From positions 1 to 50,458 of the forward strand of contig JAHLWZ010000911.1 of the NCBI GenBank assembly GCA_020536535.1: 50,458 bases of DNA, read 5' to 3'. Shown in pieces: positions 23,671 to 36,225 of this stretch. The stretch is from Pelomyxa schiedti. Lineage: Eukaryota > Protista > Evosea. The notes below the pieces were generated by a model. It did no database searches. It had not been told where the DNA came from and saw only the letters and a list, made by a program, of their open reading frames with translations. Position numbers and translations under genes: made by a program. How positions within the stretch are numbered: position 1 is the first letter of the stretch; every line of letters starts with the position of its first letter.

Positions 23671-26480
23671 ATGAGCGGGGCTCCTTGTCGCAATTTCGGC
23701 ACGCACGTTGGCGGACCTGTTATCAGGATCCCGGACGTAAGAAGCACACAACTGCAATTTCCCACCTCACCAGCTGTTCCCCCTGCCATTACGAACGAAC
23801 CGACCAACAACACCAACACCACCACACAGGAGAGGAGAGCCCACGAGGAGGTGGGCGTGGGCCTCCCCCAAGTGTCCATGTCCATGCCCATGCCAATTCC
23901 AATTCCAATGCCAATGCCAATGCAACTGCAGTACACACCCGCCGTCAGGCGCCGCCACCGCGACCTCGCCATCTTGGCCCCGCGGACACACATCCAGCAT
24001 CCCAGCGGGGCCCGGGGCGCAGAGGTGGGCGGAGAGTTGCCCCTGCCCCTGCCCCTGCCCCTGCCCCTGCCCCTGCCCCTGCCCCTGCCCCTGCCCGTGC
24101 CCGTGCCCGTGCCCGTGCCGAGCTGCGCCCCGCCGCATCCTCAGCCGCCTCCCGCTGACCGCCGCGGCGGGCCTGTGGACCTTCTGTCCTTGATGGCGCC
24201 TGGGCGGCGGCCCACTACTACCGCGGCAATGCCGCCGCCCGTTGCTCCGTCCACCTACGAGCCTCTGCCGCTGGCTTTGGAAATCAAGACCGAGAGGTAC
24301 TCGCTGCCGGCTGTGGATCCTTCCTCTTTCACAACAACAACAACTACGACGACGACGAGTTCCAGTTCAAGTGCTTCCGCCGCTTCGAGTTCGACTTCAA
24401 CAGCAACAACAACCGGCAGCAGCAACAACAGCAACAGGAGTGGTTATGTGAACGAGAGTGGGAATGTGATTTGTGGTGGAGCACGCGGGGGGACGGAGCC
24501 TGTTGTGATTGATGTGGATGTGGACATGAACGACTACTTCTCGAAGCTGATGCAGGATGCTGCCGGTGACGACTTCTTTGACATGAATGTGGACATGGTA
24601 AACAAGCAGATACGGGATGACATGCAACTGGCAATGAAACTGCAGAAGGAAGAGGAAGAAATGGAGAAACAACGACGGGAGCAGGAAGACAGAGACAGGA
24701 AAATGTGCGAGGAACTACAGAGACAACAGGAAAGTAGCAGCTCAATCGTCAATACGAATGATGTGTTGGGTACTTCTGCAAACGACGCAGGCAATGTCAC
24801 TGTTGCAGCAAATGTGTGTGCGAACGTACTGTGTAGTGGAAATGGAACTGGCAAGAGGAGGAGAGTTTGTCCCAATAACAATTCGCACCTGAATCTCCCC
24901 GGTGTTACTTCTTCAGCCACAGAAAAACTTCCGGAGAAATCTGATGAGGAATTGGCACGCCAATTGTCAAAACAATTCGAAGAAGAAGATGCCAAACAAA
25001 TTGCAGAAGACGAAAAATTTGCACGCTCTCTTGAGGAATCGTTCAAAAAGGATCAATCTGTACCACCACATCTGTATGGGGACCAATCACAAGCACTCCC
25101 AGCACCCCCGCAAACTCCCGTAAGTTCTTATGTTCCATATCCAGCATTTCAGTTGCCACCTTTACCACCTCAACATCAGCCTCAACATACACCTCAAGTG
25201 CTACCACCCTACCGACACACTTCACTTGTACCACATAATTTTCCCAGTCTTGCTTACACTCCCGCTCCAGGAGCTTCTTATTACCCGCCATCAGGGCCTC
25301 TCCCTCCCCTCTCCTACTTCTATGCCCCCCCTATGGCCCAGCAACCACGTCCACTTCAATTGGGATATCAACGTGTCTTGCAAGGGAAATCTTTTTTCCT
25401 TCTCACCAGGGATCATACCTTCTGCCACAAAGTCACAAATGCAGTCATCCGTGCTGGTGGGTGTGTTCTTAATGATACATACGGTGAATTTGCCTGGGGC
25501 CAGTTATCCAGGAAGCACCCACGGATACAAGTTCATGTCTATGCAGTTGTTGACCCGAGTCTCGGGGAGTTGACCAGCTCTGTTTTGGAACCCCTTAAGG
25601 ATTACCCCTCACATAAGTTCATTACAGAGGAAGAATTGAATGCGATGATTAACACAAGCAGCACAGCCAGGTAAAGGCTTCCTTTTCTCAAATTCCTATC
25701 CTCTCAATGTTGCCTGCAGTACTTCTGTGGACCAAAGTGCCCTTGGTGCGATTTTGGCTGGCTCTCCAATAACAGTGGAACTTGTGAAGAGTGGCCTTGA
25801 TCTCCTCCCTGGTACTTACCCCTTTGTCCCTAACCAACAACTAAACCAAGCTCACACATTCACACTCGCAGGCAGCCTAAAAATCAGGATGATTGTGAAG
25901 AGAGACACTCTTTTCGCTCGTTTCATTGCGAAATTCTCGGAGCTGCAGTCAATCAGAGGAGCCGGAAAGGAGGGCCTGTGCATATCCTTTCACGGTACCA
26001 GGAAGGTATCTAACTCAATACTAATACTCTCTGCTCCGCCAAAAGCCCCTCTCTTCCCTCCCTCCCCTTCTCTTCTCCCCCTTTTTGTCTTGGAAAAAAC
26101 CTTCACAGGAACACGAGAAGGGCATTGAGGAAAAAGGGCTGATGGTACCTGGGGGAGGCTCCGGTGTGAGGATTATCAATGGTTCAGCTATGGGGGTAGG
26201 GATTTACACCAGCACCGATCCCAATGTGGCGTGCCAGTACGCTCAGAGCGGAGTCATATTCATGTGTGCTGTACTGAGAGGCGCACCGGCGCGACAGGCT
26301 CCTCCGCAGTGCTGTGGATATTACTTTGGTGACCCGCGTCGGGACAGTTCCACGTCACTTCTGGAGGCTCTGGCTCCTAACTATGACTCTGTTGGCACAG
26401 ACAACGTGATAGTACTGCCAACCAATGCACAAGTCCTGCCTTTATTCGTGCTAAATGTGTCTGAGGGTTTGGGGTATTGA
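23671..26480 (+). CDS. Low-complexity N-terminus, UIM/MIU-like motifs, BRCT-like domain and PARP-type ADP-ribosyltransferase catalytic domain
   Basis: Motifs DMQLAMKLQKEE, DEELARQLSKQFE and DEKFARSLEES. BRCT-like LQGKSFFL...IRAGGCV...FITEEEL. ART motifs SFHGT, GVGIYTS, FMCAVLRG and QVLPLFVL. Two introns. Confidence 0.75.
24039..24120 (+). repeat. Coding hexamer repeat (CCCCTG)n/(CCCGTG)n encoding Pro-Leu/Pro-Val dipeptides
   Basis: Directly visible. A Met-Pro/Ile-Pro dipeptide run also lies at ~23878-23922. Confidence 0.85.
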
Positions 26481-26539
26481 GAAAAGAACCCAGCTCAACT
26501 TGTGAACATTGGTTTTTTTTTATTCTTCCTTTCAGTTAT

Positions 26540-28833
26540 TCAAATCAACACCCATTCAAAGTCGTCTGTGATTGGAACCTGTGAAGACGGGGTGAGTTGT
26601 TTAGAATGGCATTTTTACTCGGCGTACTCCAACATGGGAGACATCATCCCAACGGCGGGAGTCCCAGCTGAAAGCCGGTACCTGCTCGTTGGGTGGGCCA
26701 CAATACAACCAGGAGTCACCCTGCCAAAATAGATCTGCCGAAGTTATCTGAATGAGGGTCAGTATCTTCCTGAGTGATGCATGGAAAGGAACCTTGGCAT
26801 CTGTGCCACCCAGTGCAGGACCCACCACAGGTATCAGATCGAATCTACCAGATATTGCGAAGTTGGGCAATCCCATGGAAAGTGGGTCATTGAGGTAATC
26901 ATTGTAACGCATCAGGTGTTTCATATCCTCCCAGGATATGGCGTTTCCTTGGTCACGTCGAAAAATGTTCGCCCGCGGGCAGTAGTCATGAGAGGTGATA
27001 TTGGTGTCTGGTACACCACTTAACTGATGGATATCTGCGGAAAAAATGTAGTTATAGTGGCGCAAGTACGATGGGTCTAGAACCATCGAAATAGGGCATG
27101 TTATACGAAGCCCAGTACCCTTGACTGTTTAAGACTTCTGTAACATCTGCACTAAAGATCATCAGAATCAACAGCAGAAGAGAGGTGGTACGAATGGGTG
27201 TATCCTGGAACTTCCTCAATTATCCACAGGGAGTTGGGAGGCAGTGTCGTGGAGCCAGATTCATACAACTTCATATCAAGCACCATCCACTGGTCATTAT
27301 AACTTATAACTGTTAAAGAGTTTAACAGAAAAAGTTTCATTACGTTCCACTGGAATATAAGGCAAACGTGTTTATCCACATGTTGGATGTGGTAGAAGTC
27401 AATGTAGCAATTAAGCTTCTCATCCAGGTAAGTACACACTGAGGTGTAACAAGACTAAAAGTACGGAGTACCATTTAAAAAAACCTACCCACTTCTAGGA
27501 GAAACTACCTGTGGATGGACACATTGTACACTGGATTTGTGGTCTCCATAATAGCTAAACCTGTTCTGCAGAGGAGTTGGAAAGGGCATCAGAAATGACT
27601 TTCATACGAGTTGCACAATAAATAATCATCTTGGCTTGAAAGCGTGCCTGGATAGGAACTAAATGAAATGCTGACCTCCGTAGGGAGAATGTTGAAATTG
27701 AAAGTAATTCTTTTGTAAAGTCGTATCATATCCCAGTAATCACTCCACGTCGAATGAGAGAAATAGAGCGTGTCGGGGGAGAACTATGCCAGCATTGACC
27801 AATGGATAGAAATGCGAATCAATACAAAAAATGTTCCACATTGACTTTAGAACCTGGAAGTCGTTCAAGAGAAGGGCTTGAACTCATGGTGGAAACCTTT
27901 ATTATGGCCGAGCAGTGCATTTGTTCAAATTCGGACTCTTCCTTTAGAGAACATTAGGTGTGTGATAGGGAACCTAAAATGGGAAGAACCCTTTGGAGCA
28001 AGATGGATTCCAAAATCTTAAGGAGTCAGTACGAATCTAAGTGAGAAATACATACAGACGTAAGATCAGTTTCTGAACTAAGTTTGAGAAGTGTAAAATG
28101 GTCCACCTTCTAGGAATAGCTTAACATGTGATAAATACTTTAGATGTCACACATCAATGGAAATAGCATTGAAACCGTCCAAAACTCCATCGAGCTGGGA
28201 GAAAATAAGTGCAGCCATGTTCCAGTAAATATCTTCTGGGTGTTCATCAATTTGGCCACGAACCCACGTTTCCCATTCACTCAACCATTGATTGATATCT
28301 AATGTATGTGAGAGTGAAGATAAAATTCGAATGTGTATCCTACCTTGGGATTGTGTTGTGTTAGATTGAAAAGCTTCGTTGTTAGCAGCAAAATTCTTCA
28401 ATAACTTAGTTTAACGGAGTGAGTGAGGGTCCGGGAATAATACTGTCAATCTATTTTGGATATGCTTAGAGCACAAGTAACCCTCTGCATAACCAGCAGC
28501 GTATGCTTGTGAGAAATCTATAAGGCTGTAAGTTGGTGATTCCATAGTGATTCCTTCACCATCAAAGCTGGCGGAAGTGATGACATCCAAGACACCCCAG
28601 CCATTCGAGTCAACATTATCTGTCGATACGTTCCGTCACCAGCGAAAGCACACATCTTCATACAAACCGTCAAAAGAAGCCCAAGCTGCTGTGTCATCAC
28701 GAAGCCCCTCGCACCCGTGTTCAATCGTGACGGCCTTGCCTTGGCCGCCAATGTGCACGCACATTCTGTTGTTTGCGCCACAGCAATCCTGCACCAAAAA
28801 CAGCAAGATCCCCACACAAATGAAGAACGTCAT
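26540..28833 (-). CDS. Phospholipase B-like protein (PLBD/LAMA family, Ntn-hydrolase), secreted or lysosomal
   Basis: Signal peptide MTFFICVGILLFLVQDCCG; NGWGVLDV, AGYAEGYL, HCSAIIK (Ntn cysteine), SSYPG, YNDQWMVLD, YWASYN, PRANIFRRD, MRYNDY and GGTDAK. Confidence 0.93.
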
Positions 28834-29093
28834 AATCGAACAGCCGTGTGACATGGTCCCCTCACACCCTCCTATTTTTTAGACAGATCTGCACAGGGCG
28901 CAGCACCAAAGATGCACTAACCGTTGCCGGCAAATCAAAACGCCTCCTAAAACAAACTCTTTTTTGGAAGAATTGAAAAAACGTGGCACGCCAGTGGGTG
29001 CAGTGATTCCGTGCTGCGAAGGAACATGGCGTTTAGAGTCACCATGTCCAGTTTGAGGCAGTTGGGGCCGACCTAGACTGCCATCACCTCGTG

Positions 29094-29506
29094 ATGGATG
29101 CGTCTTCCTGTTGCAACAACTTGTCAGGAGGTGCCATGCCCGTACTGAAGGGGCCCAGCACCCAACCACCTACATTTTAATGCCTGTCACCTCTACACAA
29201 CAACCCAGGCCCGAATGTTGACAACGCTTACCAGGGAGAATTTCCTAACGAGAGCCACGAGGCCCTGCCAGCAGCCTTTTGGGTGAAGTGTGGATGGCAA
29301 CAGCAACTTGGAAGGATTTACAGTGATCGGCGCTGACTTGCGTTCACGTGGCCCCTAACGTTGAATGTGTAGAAATCTGTGATCCCTGGTTGAGCCAATT
29401 GCACACCCACAACATGACCCCCTGTCAAGGTAGTATTTACAAACTAAAGAGAGCCTTTGTTTCAGCAGTTTTCCTTGGCACGAGAAAAAACAAGACCCTT
29501 GAGTGA
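29094..29506 (+). CDS. Possible small spliced hypothetical gene (~80 aa)
   Basis: Three GT-AG introns (29131-29208, 29323-29372 with CTAAC branch site, 29430-29465) keep one open frame. No recognisable family. Confidence 0.3.
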
Positions 29507-29563
29507 CCAACTTGCTGTAAAAACCGAGAAAAAACAAGCCGGGTAACCAATAAGATCTTGAAG

Positions 29564-31310
29564 ATGGCGGCTCGTTTGTGCGGGAAAGTGATCGCGTATA
29601 CGAGCAATGGGAAAGTGTGTGTGATGCACCACGGTGAAGATTACGTATGGAAATTCTGCTCGTTGCATGACTTACAGCCTTGCCCAGCTTGTGTGGTGTG
29701 CTTCTTTTTTTTTGACACCCAAGCATTGCCAATATAATGGAAACAAAGGGGCAAGTGTCGATTTTTGTTGGCCCTGCTGCGTATCACTTTTTCTTTCTTG
29801 GAGGTAATTTAACAAGTTGACTTCTGGTATGCATTAACGTCCAGCCACAGTGGATGGACAAATCCATGAATTTCATTTTGGTGCCCACAACAATTGGAAA
29901 GTCCAACACGCATGTGTTAATGACAGCATCGTGGGCACAGTGCGACCCCCAAGGATAACCTGTGATCCCGTTTTACTCGCTGGAGAGTCTTATAAACATT
30001 TATATTTCGTGTGCCTTCAAATATTCTTTTTTCTTTCTCTACCTTTTTACCTATCAACAGACAGCTGAGGATGGTGGTGTTTGGGAGATGCACTTTGGGG
30101 CACATACAGACTGGAAATGGAAATGTGCGCGATTGGATGCTCTGGCACACCACACAATGGGCGTGACACCGGGTTGCATTGGTGCCATAAGACTTGAAAA
30201 TTCAATGCACGTTTTATACATTGGTGCTGATGGCCAACTGCAAGAGCTCCATCAAGGAAACTATTGGTTCTTTTTCTCACACCTTGGATGCGTCACTTGC
30301 TCTAAAACTACCTGTTTAGTTATTTCCTTGTGTGACATTGTTTAGGTTCCCACAATAACTGGCAGTGGCAAGGGTTCAGCCTAGGGAGTGAGCTTCATCT
30401 TCCGAAGCCGTATTCTGCACAATTTTCTTGCTCCCCAAGCAGCAAGTGTATTTCATTTTTACATGGTGCAAACGATATGTTTGTGCAAATCTCATCTTCT
30501 GCATGCCTAACCACACTACAGTTATGAGTTATTCTTTGCGGATGGTTACTGGAAAGTGACTAATGTAACACAAGTTCTTGCCACTCGGGGAAAACTTGTA
30601 CCTGTTGTTTCTGCAGTTCCTCGAATTTTTTCCTCAGAAAACCAGCACTCTATTGTAATTTGTTGTGGAGATGGGTCGGTTGCTGAGCTCCATGAGGGGA
30701 GCCATAACTCCTGGGAGTGGGACTTGTTTACTTTTCTCAAGATTGGTGCAGGGGAGGTTGCAATAGGTTCCCCTTTTCAGATGCTTTAGCACACCCTAAC
30801 ATTGAAAAGATTCTTCAGGGTTAATAGCAACACCTGGAACCAAACACATTTTTTTCAGGTTCGTTCATCTAACCCTTTCCTTGTCTCATTGCTTCTGTAG
30901 GTCCGCCTCACAGCAACTATGTGAATTTCACATGGGCGGCCATAACCACTGGACCTGGGAGTTCTTCAACCACGCACAACGGGTTGTATCCAGTGCCTCG
31001 TCTGCTGCACTTGCCCCAGTTGAGAGTCCTCTCAACGTTTCCACATACATGCACCCCATGGTATCTTTGCCAATCTCGGGATTTATGGCCCCCAGCACTG
31101 ACATTAACAATAACATGTGCAAAGTATGTTATCGACTAATTTGTATTTACTCACTCCACTTAGGTATGTTTTATTTCCCCTATCAACACTGTTGTTTTGG
31201 AATGTGGGCACAGAGTTATGTGCCACATGTGCGCCAGTAAAATACCAGGGAACATCTGTCCACTATGTAGGGCTCCAATCACCCGCATTGTTCATACCTT
31301 TGACTCTTAA
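29564..31310 (+). CDS. Trp-rich beta-propeller (fucose-lectin-like repeats) fused to a C-terminal C3HC4 RING
   Basis: Six to seven repeats of approximately HxFxxGxDGxxxExHxGxHNxWxW. C-terminus CKVCFISPINTVVLECGHRVMCHMCASKIPGNICPLCRAPI. No signal peptide. Confidence 0.8.
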
Positions 31311-31406
31311 CAAAATTGGACATAACAAAGCTACTATTTTTTTAAAACCAAAGGAGTGGGTAAAAGGGGAATAATATTGTACTTCATATGTGAAAGCAAA
31401 AATACA

Positions 31407-33117
31407 CTACAAATTATCTGTCGGCGTTGCTTCGTGCAACAGGAATTCAACCCACAGGTCAGGGAGTGACTGCATGTGTAAAAGGTAGGAAGGAGTACAA
31501 GCATAAGAAGGCTACACACCAGCTTCAAGGGACCAGGGGTGGGCTGCTGTTGATGCTGTTGAAGCAACGCGGCTGCAAATGGAACATAGGGAGCTTTGAC
31601 TGCTGCACTGGAAACCGGCAACCCGAGAAGCCTTTTGTCACTGTCCTCAAAATCGAGGATGCTTGCGAGAAGCTTGAGTACTTCATGTTGCCTGGCCGGC
31701 TTCTCAAAGTATGTGACTATGAGTTTTTTAACAACCCTCCTGGTCAGGTGTTAGATGGAAATTGAATTTGGGGGGATCGCGTACTTGTCTATATTGAATT
31801 TTTCGTTTTCTCGGAAAACCTGGAGCTGACTGTTGGCCACTGCAAGCTCTCGGCGCAGTGGCTCGTCTTGTTTTGGTAGTGAGAGGTAGTAAAAGTCTGG
31901 TGTTTACTTACGCTCTTCCATAAGGTGCAAGTTGGCTTTAGCTTTGCTTGTAACCTCTTCTTGAAGGGTGTTGATAGTATGCTTTTGTTCTTCGATTTCC
32001 CTCTCGAGATCCTTTTAAGCTAGTTTGTTTTGTCATTTGGGTTTCTTTTTGTGGGTACTGGTATTTTTGAAGCACGCTCAAGGAGGGAGGCTACTTCTGC
32101 TTTTGATTCCTTCAAGTCTTGTTGTAGGTATTGCAATTCCTGCTGGACAAGCCTGTCTTGATCTGCACAAGGATTAGTTTCAGGAAGAGTTCTTGTGCAT
32201 CACACCATAGTGTTCATCACTTACTTGCTTGAAACTGATCAAGAGCTAACTGCAGGCTTTCAAGTGCAAGAATATTTCTTTGGCATTCAGCTTCTTTCTC
32301 AGAATACAATACCTAGCAGACATTAACATTTGTGAGGATCAGAAAACTTTTTGTACCTGAAGCTGGTCATACTTTTCTGCCTTTGAAAGTGCATTCGCAG
32401 CAATAGACATCTGTGTGTTCAACCTTTTTTAGTGTGCTGTGGTGGGTTTACATTTCTTGGTTAAGTATTCAACCATATCATCTACCAAGTAGTTCCGGTA
32501 CAAAAAAAAAAAAGGAAAAACAAAACCCCAACGAAACGCAACTGTTGAGTCAAATCCCTAGCCTTGGCATCCCTGTCCAGAAGCATATTCTCCTGAGCCT
32601 GGTCCTGCTCCTCAACATAGTCCTGCAGAGCAGCCAGCTTCTGGCTCAGCTTGGCCACCGCGGCCTCGTGCTCCGCCTCCCGCTTGGCCTCCCGCTGCGC
32701 CGCGGCGCTCGCCCCCTGCTGCGCCTGCAGGGCCGCCGCGGCCAGCTGCGCCCTCAGCCCCGCGACCTCCTCCTCCCGCTCCCTCGCCTGCTCCCGCAGC
32801 CTGGCCGCCTCCCGCTGGCTCCCGCACTGGCACGCGCCCCCGTCCGCGGCGGGTGGGGGCGGAGGAGGCGGGGCCTGCTGCTGCGCCTGCTGGGGCTCGG
32901 GCTCCGGCTCATCGGTCTCGGGGCTGCCGGGGTCCTCGGTCTCGGTGTGCTTGGGCTGCTCCTGGGCTTGGGTCTTGTTTTGTGGCACGGTAGCGGGTGG
33001 TGCCGCGGCACCAGTCATTAAATCCCCACGAGACGGGGAGGACGAGTACGACGACGAGGACGAAGTAGTGGCAGAGGGCGGCGCCGGCAAGAACGCGTCA
33101 AAGTTGAACCCACTCAT
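31407..33117 (-). CDS. GMAP-210/TRIP11/Rud3-type golgin (coiled coil, GRAB domain and GA1 motif)
   Basis: Long coiled coil; C-terminal RVVKKLIVTYF...EVLKLLASILDFEDSDKRLLGL (GRAB) and SLPDLWVEFLL (GA1). Confidence 0.82.
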
Positions 33118-33509
33118 CAGACGTGGAATTTTGATCGTTCGAATGCTAGAATGAGACATCAGAAGCAACCCTCAAAGAGACAAACCCATTGCTCCGGAGC
33201 TACATCACACGGCATCAACAGGCCTGTGTTGAGAGTGGGTTGGGGAGGGAAAGGGGCTCCGGGATACCACAATGCATTTTGACCAGAGTTTTTTTCCTCA
33301 AAAAGCCGACTTGGTGCCTCCTCCAATTGTGGTGCTCAGTTGAAGTTGTTCTTCGAACAAAAACGGAAACATTTTTCCTCGTTAATGGCCTTCTTGATTC
33401 AAGAAGAGTCGACCCCCTGTCATTCGAATTATTCTCCTTCGAATTCTTTGTCTTTGTTGTGTTGTGTAAAGCAACTCAACGCGTTCACCACATTGTTTTT
33501 GTTAATTCT

Positions 33510-36103
33510 TTAGTGTCTGTGCTTCTTTGGTTTAGTTGGCTGTGTGGTCTCACCCTTTGGTTTTGGTGACCGCTTTTTCCCAGCTTGTGGCTCCTCTGAT
33601 TCCAAGTCATTGTTTTCTGTGTTTATTGTTTTGTGAGTGAAAATGCAACATGTATCTTGAGATTTAACTCACTGGAAAGGGAGCAAATAATCTTGTGTAG
33701 CCATTGTGGACAGGCCCGTTTGAGAAGATCAGAAACCTCCTCAAAAGTCACCTGGAATTTTTTGACAAACCATTCCACAAGTTCTGCCCGCTCTCGACAC
33801 CTGCCCAGGCTCCTAACTACCAAAGAGATGTTCTCCATATCTGCTTTAGTAAGTTCAAAGTGCACGGCATACCACTGAATAGCCTCTGTTGTGCCGGTTT
33901 TACATAGTTTGGTGAAATCAACAGGCCGTAGAACTTCTTTTTTTATGCTGAACTTTTCTGAAATCCATCTGGCACATTCCAAATGTCCCTCAATGCAAAG
34001 CCTGAGAAGAAGTTGTACCGGCAATTCTTCTGTCTCCAACTGGTCGACAAAATTCCCCAGTATAGTAAGGTGAAATAGGTCCCCTTCATCACAAAGGGAG
34101 ACCCATAGATCACAACTCTGGGATATGTTGTGGAGATTGAAGTTCTGAAATTCCCACAGAAATATGGAATCAGCAGTATCCTGTACTTCAAGCACCTTAT
34201 CTTCACAACAAGCTCTAATGGCAAAGTCCAGCACCCTTTGGGGAATTGGGGAGTGAGGAATATGGTGAGTGAGAGATAGGTTTTTGAGAAGAATTGGTTT
34301 TGGGTCATAGGATCGTAGACAACCCAACACCTGGTCATCTGTGACTTGCTGCCAGTCAAGAAGACTAGGTACTAACTTTTCAATAACCTCACAGTAGAAC
34401 TTTATGTTGCAAGAAGCCTGCAGAGACAAAAGTAGATCACTGGTAAACTTAGTATCATGAATAAAGTCATAGTCTGTTTTCTCCATAACCCATTTCATTC
34501 CTTCCAAACAACCTTGCCTACAGCAGTCTAGCAACACATTACACATGTCCTGTGGTGTCCAAGTTAAAGACTTGAGCAGGTGATTTGCAACTAGAAATGG
34601 TGGCGTGGGCCTAGCACATTGCTTATTTAATTTGTGCTTGTGGTTCTTCTTGGCACTCCCAACCAAAGATCGTCCGAGAAGGAGACAAGCCTCTTCAGCC
34701 GGAAAAGAGAAAATAGTGTTAAGCCACAAGAAGGCTTCCAGTAAATCTTCATCACAGGAGACACTTAGCCAGTTTGTCCCAATGATGGGGGAAGTGATGA
34801 GGGGGAAAATTGATTTGGCTGTGTTGAGGTTGTTTGATTTGATAGCAACATCCATCAAACGATAAAGGAAACTCGGGGCAAAGGCTGAGCGGTCATATTC
34901 AGGCTTTATAGCGGCCCAATTGCAGGAGTACGACATTACTTCAAGGATACGTGCTTTGATGTCTAGGGAATGAGTAGGTCCAAGAGAGTTGCTGCTGATG
35001 TACATCCTTTTAATCCAGCATATTACAGCAAGGCAATCTTGTTTTCCTCTCATTGTGGCAAGAAGAAAGTTCTTGATGTACCTGGGGGCCTTATGGGTAC
35101 TGAAATGAGGAGCTAAATGCGACTTGACCCATTCACACATCGGCACACTGCAACTCGCACATGCTTCCTCCAAGTAGGAACTAGTATCTTCTTCGTCATT
35201 TTTGTTGAAGTTGTGAGATTCTACTAATAGTTTTGCAATCTCAAGACTTGGAACACCACAGGCAATTCCCAGAGCCCCAACAAAAAGCTCTTTGTTGACA
35301 GGGAAAGTCAACAACCACTTCACGCACTCTGTATTTCCTCCAGCACAAGCAAAGTTCAGAACGTTTCCACCCTCCACTTGAAGGGGAGACACCCCACTAG
35401 CTTCCGCGAACCATTTCGCAAATTCCAGATGACCATGGCTACAGCTGAAGCAGAGAGCACCTGGTTGTGATGTATTCCAGTCATGTGGTATTTGCCTTTG
35501 GATATGCCGAAATAGCACACGAGAATTAGAAGGGTAAAGCGCAGTTGGGGTGGTATTGGTAGTAGAGGTCGTAGAAGTAGCTGAAGTAGTGGAGTTAGTA
35601 TTATCAGCAGTGTCAGTAATAGACAAAATAGGAGGTGGGGATATTCTCTCATATGTAGAATACGGAATGCTTGTGGCTCTATCGAACAACCATCTGGCCA
35701 TTCTCAGAGAGCCAATACTGGAAACAACATCCATTGCAGTATCCAAGTCCCCACCACAGATTCGCAGAAGCAGTTTCGCAGACACAACCAGCAGGGGGAA
35801 AAACACTTCACCGAGTGACGTAAGAAGCAACTGCGGCGTATTTTCGAAGTGCCGGCTATGGTCGATCGTGTCGCGTGCAGTTGGGTACCAGTACTGCTTT
35901 TCGCATCGAAAAGGGTTGCAGTCGGGGTCTTTGCTGCTCAGCGGCAATGCTATGTCATTATGGGAGAACTTTGAGTGGCAGCAGCAGTAAGCTACGAGTG
36001 GCGCAGTTAATTGTGGGACACACCAAGGCAGTACATGCACCCATAATGTGTGTGATACGTTCAATATGCGAGTGGCAGACGGCCCGTGCCTGTCTTTGTT
36101 CAT
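33510..36103 (-). CDS. Lineage-specific protein with degenerate ankyrin-like repeats and a basic C-terminal tail
   Basis: 826-codon open frame with repeats SCSHGHLEFAKW, ACAGGNTECVKW, CCRQGCLEGMKW and LCIEGHLECARW. A GTGAGT...CAG intron (33672-33617) adds a final exon ending KPKKHRH*. Confidence 0.75.
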
Positions 36104-36225
36104 TCACCGTCGAAGACGAGAAAAGGCCCACAAGTGGCGCCTATTGATTTGTTCGACGCTTGTGCGAGTTCCTCTTTTATTGAATTGATTGATTCCTGGA
36201 AAACCCTGTGTTTCCATTCGATTTG

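Noticed and set aside
23586-25046. Overlapping alternative-frame ORFs with PAPAPA or GQGQGQ repeats
   Set aside because: By-products of hexamer repeats and high GC within the ART gene.
32413-33154. Plus-strand ORFs of 202 and 167 aa
   Set aside because: Antisense to the GC-rich first exon of the golgin.
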